Source of the DNA: Candidatus Geocrenenecus huangii
Lineage (GTDB): Archaea > Thermoproteota > Nitrososphaeria_A > Caldarchaeales > Wolframiiraptoraceae
Length of the DNA stretch: 64,000 nt
Direction: 5' to 3'
Assembly: GCA_023254095.1 (NCBI GenBank)
Contig: JALNLM010000006.1
Coordinates: 28,146-92,145, forward strand
The position numbers and the translations under genes are program-made. The notes beneath the pieces are model-generated. The model ran no database searches. It worked only from the letters and a program-made list of their open reading frames with translations, and was not told the origin of the DNA. This document shows positions 1 through 8,679 of the stretch, piece by piece; the stretch's first letter is position 1; the number at the start of each line of letters is the position of its first letter.

Positions 1-163
1 ACTCCACCGTACTTTAATTTGAAGACATTAGTAATGCTTATCTTATTCTCCCAAATCATGTTTATTATTTTTTACAACCACTATATAACTTGCTATATCC
101 TACAAGGTTCAGATACTTCAGATATAGGCTTTTCAAAACATGTCCGTGGTTTCACTATATTGC

Positions 164-1636
164 TTACTGCCCAATATTTACTTCTTCCCCCTCATACATT
201 ATTTCTACTTTAATATCTTCTTTTTCGAGTAGCCTCTTGAATTCTCTCGGGTTCTCAGTATGGATGGGGATGACTATTTTCGGCCCTATTTCTTTGACTA
301 ATTTTAGCAGGTCTTCTCTATTGGCGTGGCCTGAAGCATGTATCCTTCTAGTATCGAGCCTAAGGAGGTTTATCCATCTCTCAACTTTTTCCCACTCTAT
401 TTCTTGTTCTTCATCATGGGGCTCACTTGTCGATTCAATGAATAGTGATCCAGGAATCGGCTGTATCTCCGCTAGCTCAAATAGACATTGATGACTATTG
501 AAGATAAGAAAGAATTCATCTTGATCTTTAGATATTTCCTCGGACTTGATAAGCTTGTCAGTTCCAGACAAAGATTCATAGATCTTCTTTACCCAGCCTC
601 TGTAATGAGGGGATCCGAGAAAGTAGCCTTCATCGATTATGGACCTTTTCTCAAAATATATCTTCGCATTTTCTAGTTTCGGAAGCTTAACTTTGCTTTC
701 TACTTCATGCAGCGTCTTTATTAAATGATAGATCCTAGGTGAGAGAACTGGTATCCTATCGCATTCTTCTGCAGCTTCGATTAATGTTCTGATTCTATCT
801 ATATCTAATGATGAAACCAGCACGGTGATAAGTTTTTCCTTCTTCTTCAAGGTTTCTGATACAACTTCTTTCTTAACATCGTCTTCAGACTTGGTTGTTG
901 AATCATTTATTCTAGTTCCTTCGACTAAGAGAACGTCTATGCCCTTCACATTTTCCACGAAGTCCTGCGTGTATGTACTAACGATACCGTGAAACCTGAT
1001 ATCACTCGTGTAAGCTATTGAGGCTTTACTTGTCTCTATTCTGAAGCCGAAGGTAGCTGGAATTGAGTGGTCAACCGGGATCGGCAAGATTTCAATAGGT
1101 GCTCCACGGATCTTTTTGTCTTCCTCAAAAATTATCAATGGACGTTCTACTTCCTCTACTTCCTCTTTCCCGGTTTTCTTTCTTAACTCTTCCTTCTTCC
1201 TATCCTTGTAGATGAAAATCTCTCTATCGATACCGGATCTCCCAGATGTTTCAATTGCATGTTCAATCAATGCTTTCATACTCTTACTTACTGCTATAGG
1301 TGTCTCCATCTTTAGAAACGTTACTGCACCGTAATGGTCTAAATGCCCATGGGAGACTATACAACAATCTATTGAAAAAGCTCTTTCGCTACTGATAAGC
1401 CCCTCATCCAACATCAAGTCTTCCCTGTATATCCCGTTAATCTTCGGAAGTATACCTACGAGTAAATAATTCTTCAATATCCTGTTCGTCCTCTCGAACC
1501 CGTAACCTATTTCGTATTCTCTCCTCTTCTTAAGACTGAGACCAAAATCTAAGAGTATAGCCCATTCCTTTTCATGTAAGAGTATTTTGTTCCCTCCAAT
1601 CTCTCCAGCTCCACCTAGTAAACAAATACTAACCAA
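164..1636 (-). CDS. Metallo-beta-lactamase/beta-CASP ribonuclease (archaeal RNase J / aCPSF2-like)
   Basis: HxHxDH motif 'VSHGHLDHYG'. N-terminal 'LGGAGEIGGN' typical of beta-CASP RNases. Long intact ORF. Confidence 0.6.
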   Translation of the reverse strand: MVSICLLGGAGEIGGNKILLHEKEWAILLDFGLSLKKRREYEIGYGFERTNRILKNYLLVGILPKINGIYREDLMLDEGLISSERAFSIDCCIVSHGHLDHYGAVTFLKMETPIAVSKSMKALIEHAIETSGRSGIDREIFIYKDRKKEELRKKTGKEEVEEVERPLIIFEEDKKIRGAPIEILPIPVDHSIPATFGFRIETSKASIAYTSDIRFHGIVSTYTQDFVENVKGIDVLLVEGTRINDSTTKSEDDVKKEVVSETLKKKEKLITVLVSSLDIDRIRTLIEAAEECDRIPVLSPRIYHLIKTLHEVESKVKLPKLENAKIYFEKRSIIDEGYFLGSPHYRGWVKKIYESLSGTDKLIKSEEISKDQDEFFLIFNSHQCLFELAEIQPIPGSLFIESTSEPHDEEQEIEWEKVERWINLLRLDTRRIHASGHANREDLLKLVKEIGPKIVIPIHTENPREFKRLLEKEDIKVEIMYEGEEVNIGQ

Positions 1637-1760
1637 TCCTAATAGAGTATTGTTTGAAGCATATTTAAAGATAGAATATAAAATCTTCGAACTACTTGAC
1701 TAGTATGCGAAGCATATTCCTTAAGGATATATCCTAGATAATCTATATACTCTATCAGAG

Positions 1761-2939
1761 TTGTCCATGTCTTCACCTATTCCAAGTGTTGAAGAATACA
1801 TGAGGAGAGAAGCATATTTTATCGATGTAGAAGACACTCTAAGTAGAGTCGTCGGAATATTTAGAGAAACAGGCATCCCCATAGTTATCGTCTTAAGTAA
1901 TTCTCAAAACTATCTCGGAGTCATTACGGATAGGATAGTATTGAGATCTATGTTAAACATTGATGCTGTAAAAGCAAAAAATGTTGTTATGAAGGTTCCA
2001 ACGGTCAATATATCTGACTCTATCGCAAAGGCTGCACGGATAATGCTCGAGAACACGGTTAAAGGCTTACCCGTCTCTGGACATGATGATCGAATAGTAG
2101 GTATAATTACGGTAGACGATATAGGTAGAGCTGCTGAGAAACTTTATCCGTCATTAAAGATTAGAGAAATTATGACTAGAGACCCTATAACGATATCGGC
2201 TGATTCCACAATAGGTAAAGCATTAGTGCTCATGAGAGAGAACGGAATATCTAGGCTGCCGGTAGTCGAGAATAATAGACTGGTAGGACTAGTTACTATT
2301 AGAGATATAATTGATAAAGTACTGCAGCCTAAGACGAGGGCAACACGAGGAGAGGTGGCTGGAGAGAAGATTAGAAGCCTCGGATACAAGGTCTCGGATA
2401 TTATGACCAAGAGTGTGGTTCAGGCCTCTCCTGAAGAAGAACTTTCTACTGTTGTCAAGAAGATGATTAAAAACGATGTTTCATGTCTAGTAATCGTCTC
2501 TCATAATAGAGTGTCGGGAATAATCACTTGGACAGACATACTCGAGATCGTTGCTTCTCTAGAAGAAAGAGGGAAACCGCCAATCCATATCCAGGTAAGC
2601 TTCAAGATTGAAGACATATCTCCCGCTGAGAAATCCGAGATAATTAAAATCTCAGAAAAGTATGTTTCAAAACTTGGGAAGGCTTTGGGCAATGGACATC
2701 TCTTACTACACTTCAAGGAACATAAAGAGAAACATGGTGAAACTCATTTGATACATTGTAGGGCTGTTCTTAGAACAGATAAGGTGAACTTCACAGGTGT
2801 CGGTGAGGCATGGAGTGCCAGCCAAGCGGCCAGGGTAGCTTTAGATAAGATCGAGAGGCAGTTATTAGTAGTTAAGGAATTAGCTGAGAAATATCCATAC
2901 AGTGAGGAAATCTTGAAGAGGTGGATTGCAGAGTTCTAG
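1761..2939 (+). CDS. Four tandem CBS domains fused to a C-terminal HPF/RaiA-like domain (ribosome hibernation factor fold)
   Basis: Repeated CBS-like blocks ('GIPIVIV', 'GLPVSG', 'ISRLPVV', 'VSCLVIV'). C-terminal ~100 aa ('IQVSFKIEDISPAEK...HLIHCRAVLRTDKVNFTGVGEAWSASQAARVALDKIERQLLVVKE') matches the HPF/YfiA beta-alpha-beta-beta-beta-alpha pattern, including the 'DKLERQL' signature. Confidence 0.6.
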   Translation: MSMSSPIPSVEEYMRREAYFIDVEDTLSRVVGIFRETGIPIVIVLSNSQNYLGVITDRIVLRSMLNIDAVKAKNVVMKVPTVNISDSIAKAARIMLENTVKGLPVSGHDDRIVGIITVDDIGRAAEKLYPSLKIREIMTRDPITISADSTIGKALVLMRENGISRLPVVENNRLVGLVTIRDIIDKVLQPKTRATRGEVAGEKIRSLGYKVSDIMTKSVVQASPEEELSTVVKKMIKNDVSCLVIVSHNRVSGIITWTDILEIVASLEERGKPPIHIQVSFKIEDISPAEKSEIIKISEKYVSKLGKALGNGHLLLHFKEHKEKHGETHLIHCRAVLRTDKVNFTGVGEAWSASQAARVALDKIERQLLVVKELAEKYPYSEEILKRWIAEF

Positions 2940-3499
2940 AAATCAGGTTCAACCATTACCCTGTATAGGGTACGGGGAGAAAGAACCAGCCTAGATAAAC
3001 TTGTCTTGATCTTCACGGTAGAGTAGACCAGTATCAAAATAAGTATCACCGCCGATACAATATGCAGGATGAGAGATGCATAGAAGTAACCTAAGGTTAT
3101 CGTTAGAGGACCCTCGAAGTAGATAGGTAGAAGAGGCCACAGCAATGGATTATAGGAGTGGTGTAGATAGTCTATTATTACGTGGCTTAATGCTCCAATA
3201 CTAGCAATTGCCCATAAGTACCCTATATCCTCTCTAAGATTATTTTTTATTCCAAGCACCTTTCTTACCTTCATAGAACTGTAGAGTAACCTTGCGGTTA
3301 AGACGGCAAGTAAGCTATCGATGGTTATAGCCCCTATTATTGAGTGCGCTAATCCTCTAGGGATACTGTATCCTAGCACTGCCAAGATCGGTATCTCGAT
3401 GTCAGGGATCATAGATCCGAGGAACAGCGTGATCCTTCCATTCTTTAGTTTCCTCAAGATCGGCCAAACATAGACTATGTGGAGAATCGTAACTGGCAT
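2936..3499 (-). CDS. Membrane-bound metal-dependent hydrolase-like protein (YdjM/DUF457-like)
   Basis: Multi-TM small protein. N-terminal 'HIVYVWPI...GSMIPDIEIPI' resembles the DUF457 family. Confidence 0.4.
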   Translation of the reverse strand: MPVTILHIVYVWPILRKLKNGRITLFLGSMIPDIEIPILAVLGYSIPRGLAHSIIGAITIDSLLAVLTARLLYSSMKVRKVLGIKNNLREDIGYLWAIASIGALSHVIIDYLHHSYNPLLWPLLPIYFEGPLTITLGYFYASLILHIVSAVILILILVYSTVKIKTSLSRLVLSPRTLYRVMVEPDF

Positions 3500-3598
3500 C
3501 TAGCTCAGCTCCCTGCTAGAGTCACTATTCGGCTAAAGCTTATCTTAAGATGTAGCTTCCTCATATTATAGTGTTGCTATTCATCATTAATGGAATCC

Positions 3599-4051
3599 CT
3601 ACAACCTATATTTTGAAACCTTTAACGTTATCTCATATTCTGATGGAGGGATCTCCATTTTATCTGGATACTCTCTCTGAGGTTCAACTCGTAATAGTTC
3701 AACAACATATCCTCTAAATTCTTTTACATCTTCGACTGGGATAGTTAAGTTAAATCTACCGATAGGCGTATTCTTGTCTATGAACTCTAATTCTACTGTT
3801 ACTCTACCTGCCCAGAAGCAATAAACATTTACAGGACATCTAGTATCTTCAACAACCCTTACAAAAAATAGGGATATATCAGCTTCGCGAATTAATGCTT
3901 TCTCACCTATTCTAAGCTGGAATTCTTTGTCTAGCGATGTAGTTACCACGGCAGCATCTTTTCTCTTCTCACAGAGGGTAATAAGACTTACTGCAAGAAG
4001 AATAATAATGAAGGCTGTAATCAAAGCTATTCGAAGAGGCTTTTTAGGCAT
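3599..4051 (-). CDS. Hypothetical membrane-anchored protein
   Basis: N-terminal TM helix followed by a soluble domain. No recognisable motifs. Confidence 0.35.
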   Translation of the reverse strand: MPKKPLRIALITAFIIILLAVSLITLCEKRKDAAVVTTSLDKEFQLRIGEKALIREADISLFFVRVVEDTRCPVNVYCFWAGRVTVELEFIDKNTPIGRFNLTIPVEDVKEFRGYVVELLRVEPQREYPDKMEIPPSEYEITLKVSKYRL

Positions 4052-4117
4052 ATATAGTAGATTGGGGTCTGTTAGAAAAACTTTTCATCATTGCTCTTAG
4101 CTGACCTAGATTGTGTT

Positions 4118-5560
4118 CTAGACGTCGAAGTATAGATAGAATTCATACGGGTGTGGCTTAGAGTTTACTTCAATGAAGTAATTCATTTCTAGTTCAATTA
4201 TAGTATCGATTAAGTCATCTGTCATGACAGGCTTCAAAAATTCTCTATCAGATTCCAGAGATTCCACGGCATCCTTTAAGCTTACAGGCAATTCTTTTAT
4301 CCCTAGTTCTCTTCTACGTTCTGATGTCAGCTTATAGATGTCTTCGTCAACCGGGTCTCCAGGATCGATCTTATGTCTCACACCATCAAGTCCAGCTGCA
4401 AGTATAGCTGCGAAGGATAGATACGGATTAGCTGAAGAATCAGGCGTCCTAAATTCTATTCTTTTGAAGGATGAGTTATTTCTTCCTCGATGATATGCGG
4501 GGACCCTGATGTTCGCGGACCGGTTAGACTTACTCCATGCAATGTATATTGGAGCTTCGTAACCCGGAACAAGCCTTCTATAAGAATTCGTTGTCGGTGC
4601 AACAATCGCTGCTAGAGCTCTACTATGTTCAAGTAATCCTCCAATAAAGTATCTCGCAGTCTGGCTTAACTCAGCATATTCATCCTCCGAATCGTAGAAT
4701 ACGTTTTCCCCATCCTTCCATATGCTTACGTGTACATGCATCCCGGAGGCATTATCCCCATAGATTGGTTTAGGCATAAAAGTAGCGATCAAACCCAATT
4801 GTTTAGCAACGTTTTTAACTACATACTTGTATGTCTGAACATTATCAGCAGTTTTTACTAACGTGCTATACTTCAAATCAATCTCACATTGACCTGCAGT
4901 TGCTACCTCGTGGTGATGAGCGTCTACATCTATGTTAAAGTAATCCATCAAGATTTCGCAAACCTTGTTCCTGAAATCCATTAAAGTATCTTGAGGTGGT
5001 GCGGGGAAATATCCTTCTTTGACCCTAATAGGATATCCTTGAATAGCATCCAACGTATTCCAGGGAGCTTCTCTAGATTCTATATAGTAGCACATACCTC
5101 TACTCGGGTTCGAGGTATCCCAGTACACCTTATCGAATACGAAGAATTCTACTTCAGGTCCCCAGTAAGAAAGGTCGTATCCAAATTCTCTTAGGTACGC
5201 CTCAGCTTTTTGGGCAACATATCTCGGGTCTTTGCTAGACCTTCCTCTACCATATCCAAGGTATACATCACATATCATTCTACAGGTCTTACCAGTAGCA
5301 TGATGCCATGGAAGTACTGCGAAAGTCGAGAGGTCAGGCTTTAAAACCATATCAGAGTTGTATATCTCTGTAAAACCCTTAATCGACGATCCATCAAGTT
5401 TAGGTATTCCTTCCTCGAATGATTGCTCATCTATGTATTCGGTCGTTACAGTAGTATGGTGTAGCTTACCTAGAATATCCGTAAAATGTAAATCGATAAA
5501 CCTGACGCTATTTTTCTTCAAATAATCAATTATCTGCTCTACGGTAGTTTCCGCCCTCAT
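4118..5560 (-). CDS. glnA: Glutamine synthetase type I
   Basis: Full-length 480 aa with typical GS-I blocks: beta-grasp N-domain 'FIDLHFTDILGKLHH' and catalytic-domain motifs. Confidence 0.93.
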   Translation of the reverse strand: MRAETTVEQIIDYLKKNSVRFIDLHFTDILGKLHHTTVTTEYIDEQSFEEGIPKLDGSSIKGFTEIYNSDMVLKPDLSTFAVLPWHHATGKTCRMICDVYLGYGRGRSSKDPRYVAQKAEAYLREFGYDLSYWGPEVEFFVFDKVYWDTSNPSRGMCYYIESREAPWNTLDAIQGYPIRVKEGYFPAPPQDTLMDFRNKVCEILMDYFNIDVDAHHHEVATAGQCEIDLKYSTLVKTADNVQTYKYVVKNVAKQLGLIATFMPKPIYGDNASGMHVHVSIWKDGENVFYDSEDEYAELSQTARYFIGGLLEHSRALAAIVAPTTNSYRRLVPGYEAPIYIAWSKSNRSANIRVPAYHRGRNNSSFKRIEFRTPDSSANPYLSFAAILAAGLDGVRHKIDPGDPVDEDIYKLTSERRRELGIKELPVSLKDAVESLESDREFLKPVMTDDLIDTIIELEMNYFIEVNSKPHPYEFYLYFDV

Positions 5561-5584
5561 CCTAGCCGATCTATCTGACAGATG

Positions 5585-5600
5585 CTCTATATAACCGTTC
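5585..5600 (-). promoter_or_regulatory. Candidate TATA box for glnA (TTATATA about 30 nt upstream of ATG on the minus strand)
   Basis: The reverse complement of 5561-5620 contains 'ggTTATATAgag' at the spacing expected for an archaeal promoter with a short or absent leader. Confidence 0.3.
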
Positions 5601-5825
5601 TTCTTCTAGAAAAATGAACAACAAATCTAAATAATGGACGACAAATGAACATTGATCTGCTAGATTTCTAGTTAAATATTCGCTAATAAGTTTTACTATA
5701 TTCGGACAATGCAAATTTCAATAATTGAATAAATGCTAAACCTAGAAATTGAGGACTTCTCAGCTAGTAATACGGTAAATAGCAAAGTTTAAACTTAAAT
5801 TTTAAAAAGAAACCATACGATGCAG

Positions 5826-5991
5826 GGGGCGTAGCCTAGCAATCCAAGAGGGCTAAAGGTCTACGGCGCCGGGCTCCAGCGCTAAAGATATTCGGGACAC
5901 TACTGATCCATTTGGAGATGAAGATGCGCTGGAGCGCAGTCCTGTTGAAGGAGATACCCGGAGACCGTGGGTTCAAATCCCACCGCCCCCA
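5826..5991 (+). tRNA. Intron-containing tRNA, probably tRNA-Trp(CCA); canonical 37/38 intron of about 77 nt plus a likely second non-canonical intron in the D-arm region
   Basis: Acceptor stem GGGGGCG/CGCCCCC with discriminator A. T-arm GTGGG-TTCAAAT-CCCAC. Anticodon stem CCGGG/CCCGG with loop C-U-C-C-A-G, giving anticodon CCA. About 165 nt in total, so roughly 90 nt of intron. Coordinates are accurate to about 2 nt. Confidence 0.6.
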
Positions 5992-6285
5992 AATAGCTTA
6001 CACATTTATTAAAAGGTTAGGAGGCTTTGGGAACTACCATGTTAAGAGTCCTCTATTTCTAAGATGTTCTTCTAGTCTCTTTCCCTCCCTTATAATAGTG
6101 AAGTTCACTTTTTGATAGAACCTTAGTAGACTATTTCTTCTAATGTATATGTGGTAAGCGTCCTTCTTTATTCTATACACTCTTCCAGTTTTTAGACAAG
6201 TCATTGGGGTTCCCTTCTTTTTATAAAGATACAGACCAGCCAATCAAAGGAAAGAGTTTAATGGACGGCACTAATATCTACTTGT

Positions 6286-7083
6286 GTGGATCTACCGAAA
6301 TTGTATGATTTAATTTCTTTGAAAGGTAAGAAGGCGCTAGTTACAGGTGCGGCTTCAGGTATAGGTAGGGCAACAGCATTCCGGCTAGCTGAAGCAGGTG
6401 CAGACCTACAACTAATAGACATAAATCTCGAAGGGCTGGATACGGTTGTAGAGGAAGTTTCATCACATAGTGTAGAAGCGGAGAAATTTAGAGTTGACCT
6501 CTCGAGTAAGAAAGAAATAGACAATTTTTGGAATACGATTAAGGGAGATGAGCCAGACATACTTGTAAATAATGCGGGGATATATGTTTTCAGAGAATTT
6601 CTAAAGATTGAAGAAGAGTTTCTAGATAGAATTATGAGAGTAAATCTTTATTCAATGTTCTGGATGTGTCAACATATGATCAGGTCTAGACTTGAGAAAG
6701 GGGGCGTAATAGTGAATGTCAGCTCTATTGAGAGCATGCTGCCGTTTGCTAAGAATCTGGTCCATTATGATATTAGTAAGATAGGTGTAATAGCTTTGAC
6801 TAGAGCTTTAGCGAAAGAATATAGTAAATATGGTTTTAGGATAAACGTTATCATACCAGGCGGTATAGAAACTGAGAGTGTAAAGAAACTTAAAGAAAAG
6901 ACATTACTAACACTAGATATAGATGTAATCAAGAGTGGAGTAGAATTCAAGTCTAGACTACCTATAGGAAGATTTGGGCATCCAGATGAGGTGGCAAGAG
7001 TAATCCTATTCCTAGCAAGCGATCTGTCAAGCTATGTTACAGGGGCAGCAATAGTTGTAGATGGAGGCTTTACATCAACATAA
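6286..7083 (+). CDS. Short-chain dehydrogenase/reductase (FabG-like)
   Basis: 'KGKKALVTGAASGIGRA' Rossmann motif and an SDR catalytic region with Y...K spacing. Confidence 0.85.
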   Translation: MDLPKLYDLISLKGKKALVTGAASGIGRATAFRLAEAGADLQLIDINLEGLDTVVEEVSSHSVEAEKFRVDLSSKKEIDNFWNTIKGDEPDILVNNAGIYVFREFLKIEEEFLDRIMRVNLYSMFWMCQHMIRSRLEKGGVIVNVSSIESMLPFAKNLVHYDISKIGVIALTRALAKEYSKYGFRINVIIPGGIETESVKKLKEKTLLTLDIDVIKSGVEFKSRLPIGRFGHPDEVARVILFLASDLSSYVTGAAIVVDGGFTST

Positions 7084-7344
7084 ACATACTTACCAGTTTT
7101 ACTAATACTAATAGATGAATTAATTTCTGAATATCTTGGGTAAAGACTGCAGAGTAATTAATTTAAGCAGAATGGACCTACTTGAACATCGAATCATATT
7201 TCTATGACTGTTTTCCAAAACTACACGCAGCCTCCATCTGCTCGTTATACCACCTATTCATTGTCCAAATTAACACTATAATTTCCATTTCTCGGATTCA
7301 ATAGGTAATAGATATATTTTATCGATTTCTATCAATATTGTGGT

Positions 7345-8667
7345 ATGGGTTTCTCTGATAGATTGGAAGGATATACAGGTAAGGTTAGAGAAGTCCTTGA
7401 GTCTGCTGAGGTAGATATTGGTGATGAAGTCGAGATAGTTGTTGATGAAAGTAAAAAGTTTAGAGGTATCCTGATGAGTAGATACGAGTTAGCTGATCCG
7501 GATTTTATCGTATTAAAGCTTCCGAACGGATACAACCTAGGTATAAGATTCAGAGAAAAGATTAAGGTGGAGAAACTTTCAGAAACAAAGAAACCCATCT
7601 TCAAGCCTTTGGGAAAACCTCAACATCTTCCTAGTCTACCTAAAGTAACGATAATAGGCACGGGGGGAACAATAGCTAGTAGAATCGATTATAGAACAGG
7701 CGCTGTCAGACCCGTCCTCACAGTTGAAGACCTTCTTTCGATCATGCCTGAGCTTGCGAGCATAGCTGAACTTGACGCATCAATCTTATTCTCAATGTTT
7801 AGTGAAGATATGACTCCAAGGGAATGGTCCATGATGGCGGAGAAGATTGATCAGTATATTAAGAAAGGGGTAGACGGGGTAGTCATTGCTCACGGAACAG
7901 ATACGATGGGATATTCGGCTGCAGCCTTAAGCTTCGCTCTCCAGAAACCTCCTATACCGATAGTACTCGTAGGAGCTCAGAGATCTTCTGATAGACCATC
8001 GAGTGATTCAGCTACGAATCTAATCGCCGCCGTTAAAGTAGCTGGACATGCTCCTTTCGGAGAAGTATGCGTAGCGATGCATCATTCTTATTCTGATGAT
8101 ATAATAGCAATTCACAGAGGAACTAGAGTTAGAAAAAATCATACTAGCAGTAGGGATGCCTTCAAGTCAGTAAATACAGAACCTGTAGCTTTTTACAAGA
8201 ATGGTGAAATAATTGTAAATAGGAAGGATCTGAATACTAGGTATAGTGGACAATATGTTTTCAATCCAAAGTTTTCTGATAAAGCATTATTGTTAAAATT
8301 CTTCCCAGGAATGAGCAGTGAGATAATTGAGGATATTTGGATGAGGGGCTACAGAGGGATAATCATTGAGGGAAGCGGTCTAGGCCATGTTGCTAGAAGA
8401 TTACTGCCTATGCTTAAGAAGATCCTGGATGACGGCATATTCGTCGGGATGACTTCTCAATGCATTTACGGCAGAGTAAACATGAGGGTCTATTCTACGG
8501 GAAGAGACCTCTTAAGAATAGGCGTCACACCCCTAGATGATATGCTTCCGGAGACCGCCTATGTTAAATTATCGTGGGCTCTCGCACAATCAACAGACAT
8601 CGAGGAAATAGTGAAGATTATGCTGACTCCCTTGGCGGGAGAGATAGGTGAGAGAAGCCTACCATGA
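7345..8667 (+). CDS. gatD: Glu-tRNA(Gln) amidotransferase subunit D
   Basis: Asparaginase-like 'IGTGGTIAS' and 'HGTDTM' motifs. N-terminal GatD-specific domain. Sits immediately upstream of gatE. Confidence 0.9.
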   Translation: MGFSDRLEGYTGKVREVLESAEVDIGDEVEIVVDESKKFRGILMSRYELADPDFIVLKLPNGYNLGIRFREKIKVEKLSETKKPIFKPLGKPQHLPSLPKVTIIGTGGTIASRIDYRTGAVRPVLTVEDLLSIMPELASIAELDASILFSMFSEDMTPREWSMMAEKIDQYIKKGVDGVVIAHGTDTMGYSAAALSFALQKPPIPIVLVGAQRSSDRPSSDSATNLIAAVKVAGHAPFGEVCVAMHHSYSDDIIAIHRGTRVRKNHTSSRDAFKSVNTEPVAFYKNGEIIVNRKDLNTRYSGQYVFNPKFSDKALLLKFFPGMSSEIIEDIWMRGYRGIIIEGSGLGHVARRLLPMLKKILDDGIFVGMTSQCIYGRVNMRVYSTGRDLLRIGVTPLDDMLPETAYVKLSWALAQSTDIEEIVKIMLTPLAGEIGERSLP

Positions 8668-8679
8668 AAGGTGAAGTGA

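Noticed and set aside
5912-6243. ORFs 5912-6115 (+) and 6034-6243 (-) as coding genes
   Set aside because: They overlap or abut the intron-containing tRNA gene, have low-complexity composition, and show no motif or coding periodicity I could recognise. Most likely spurious.
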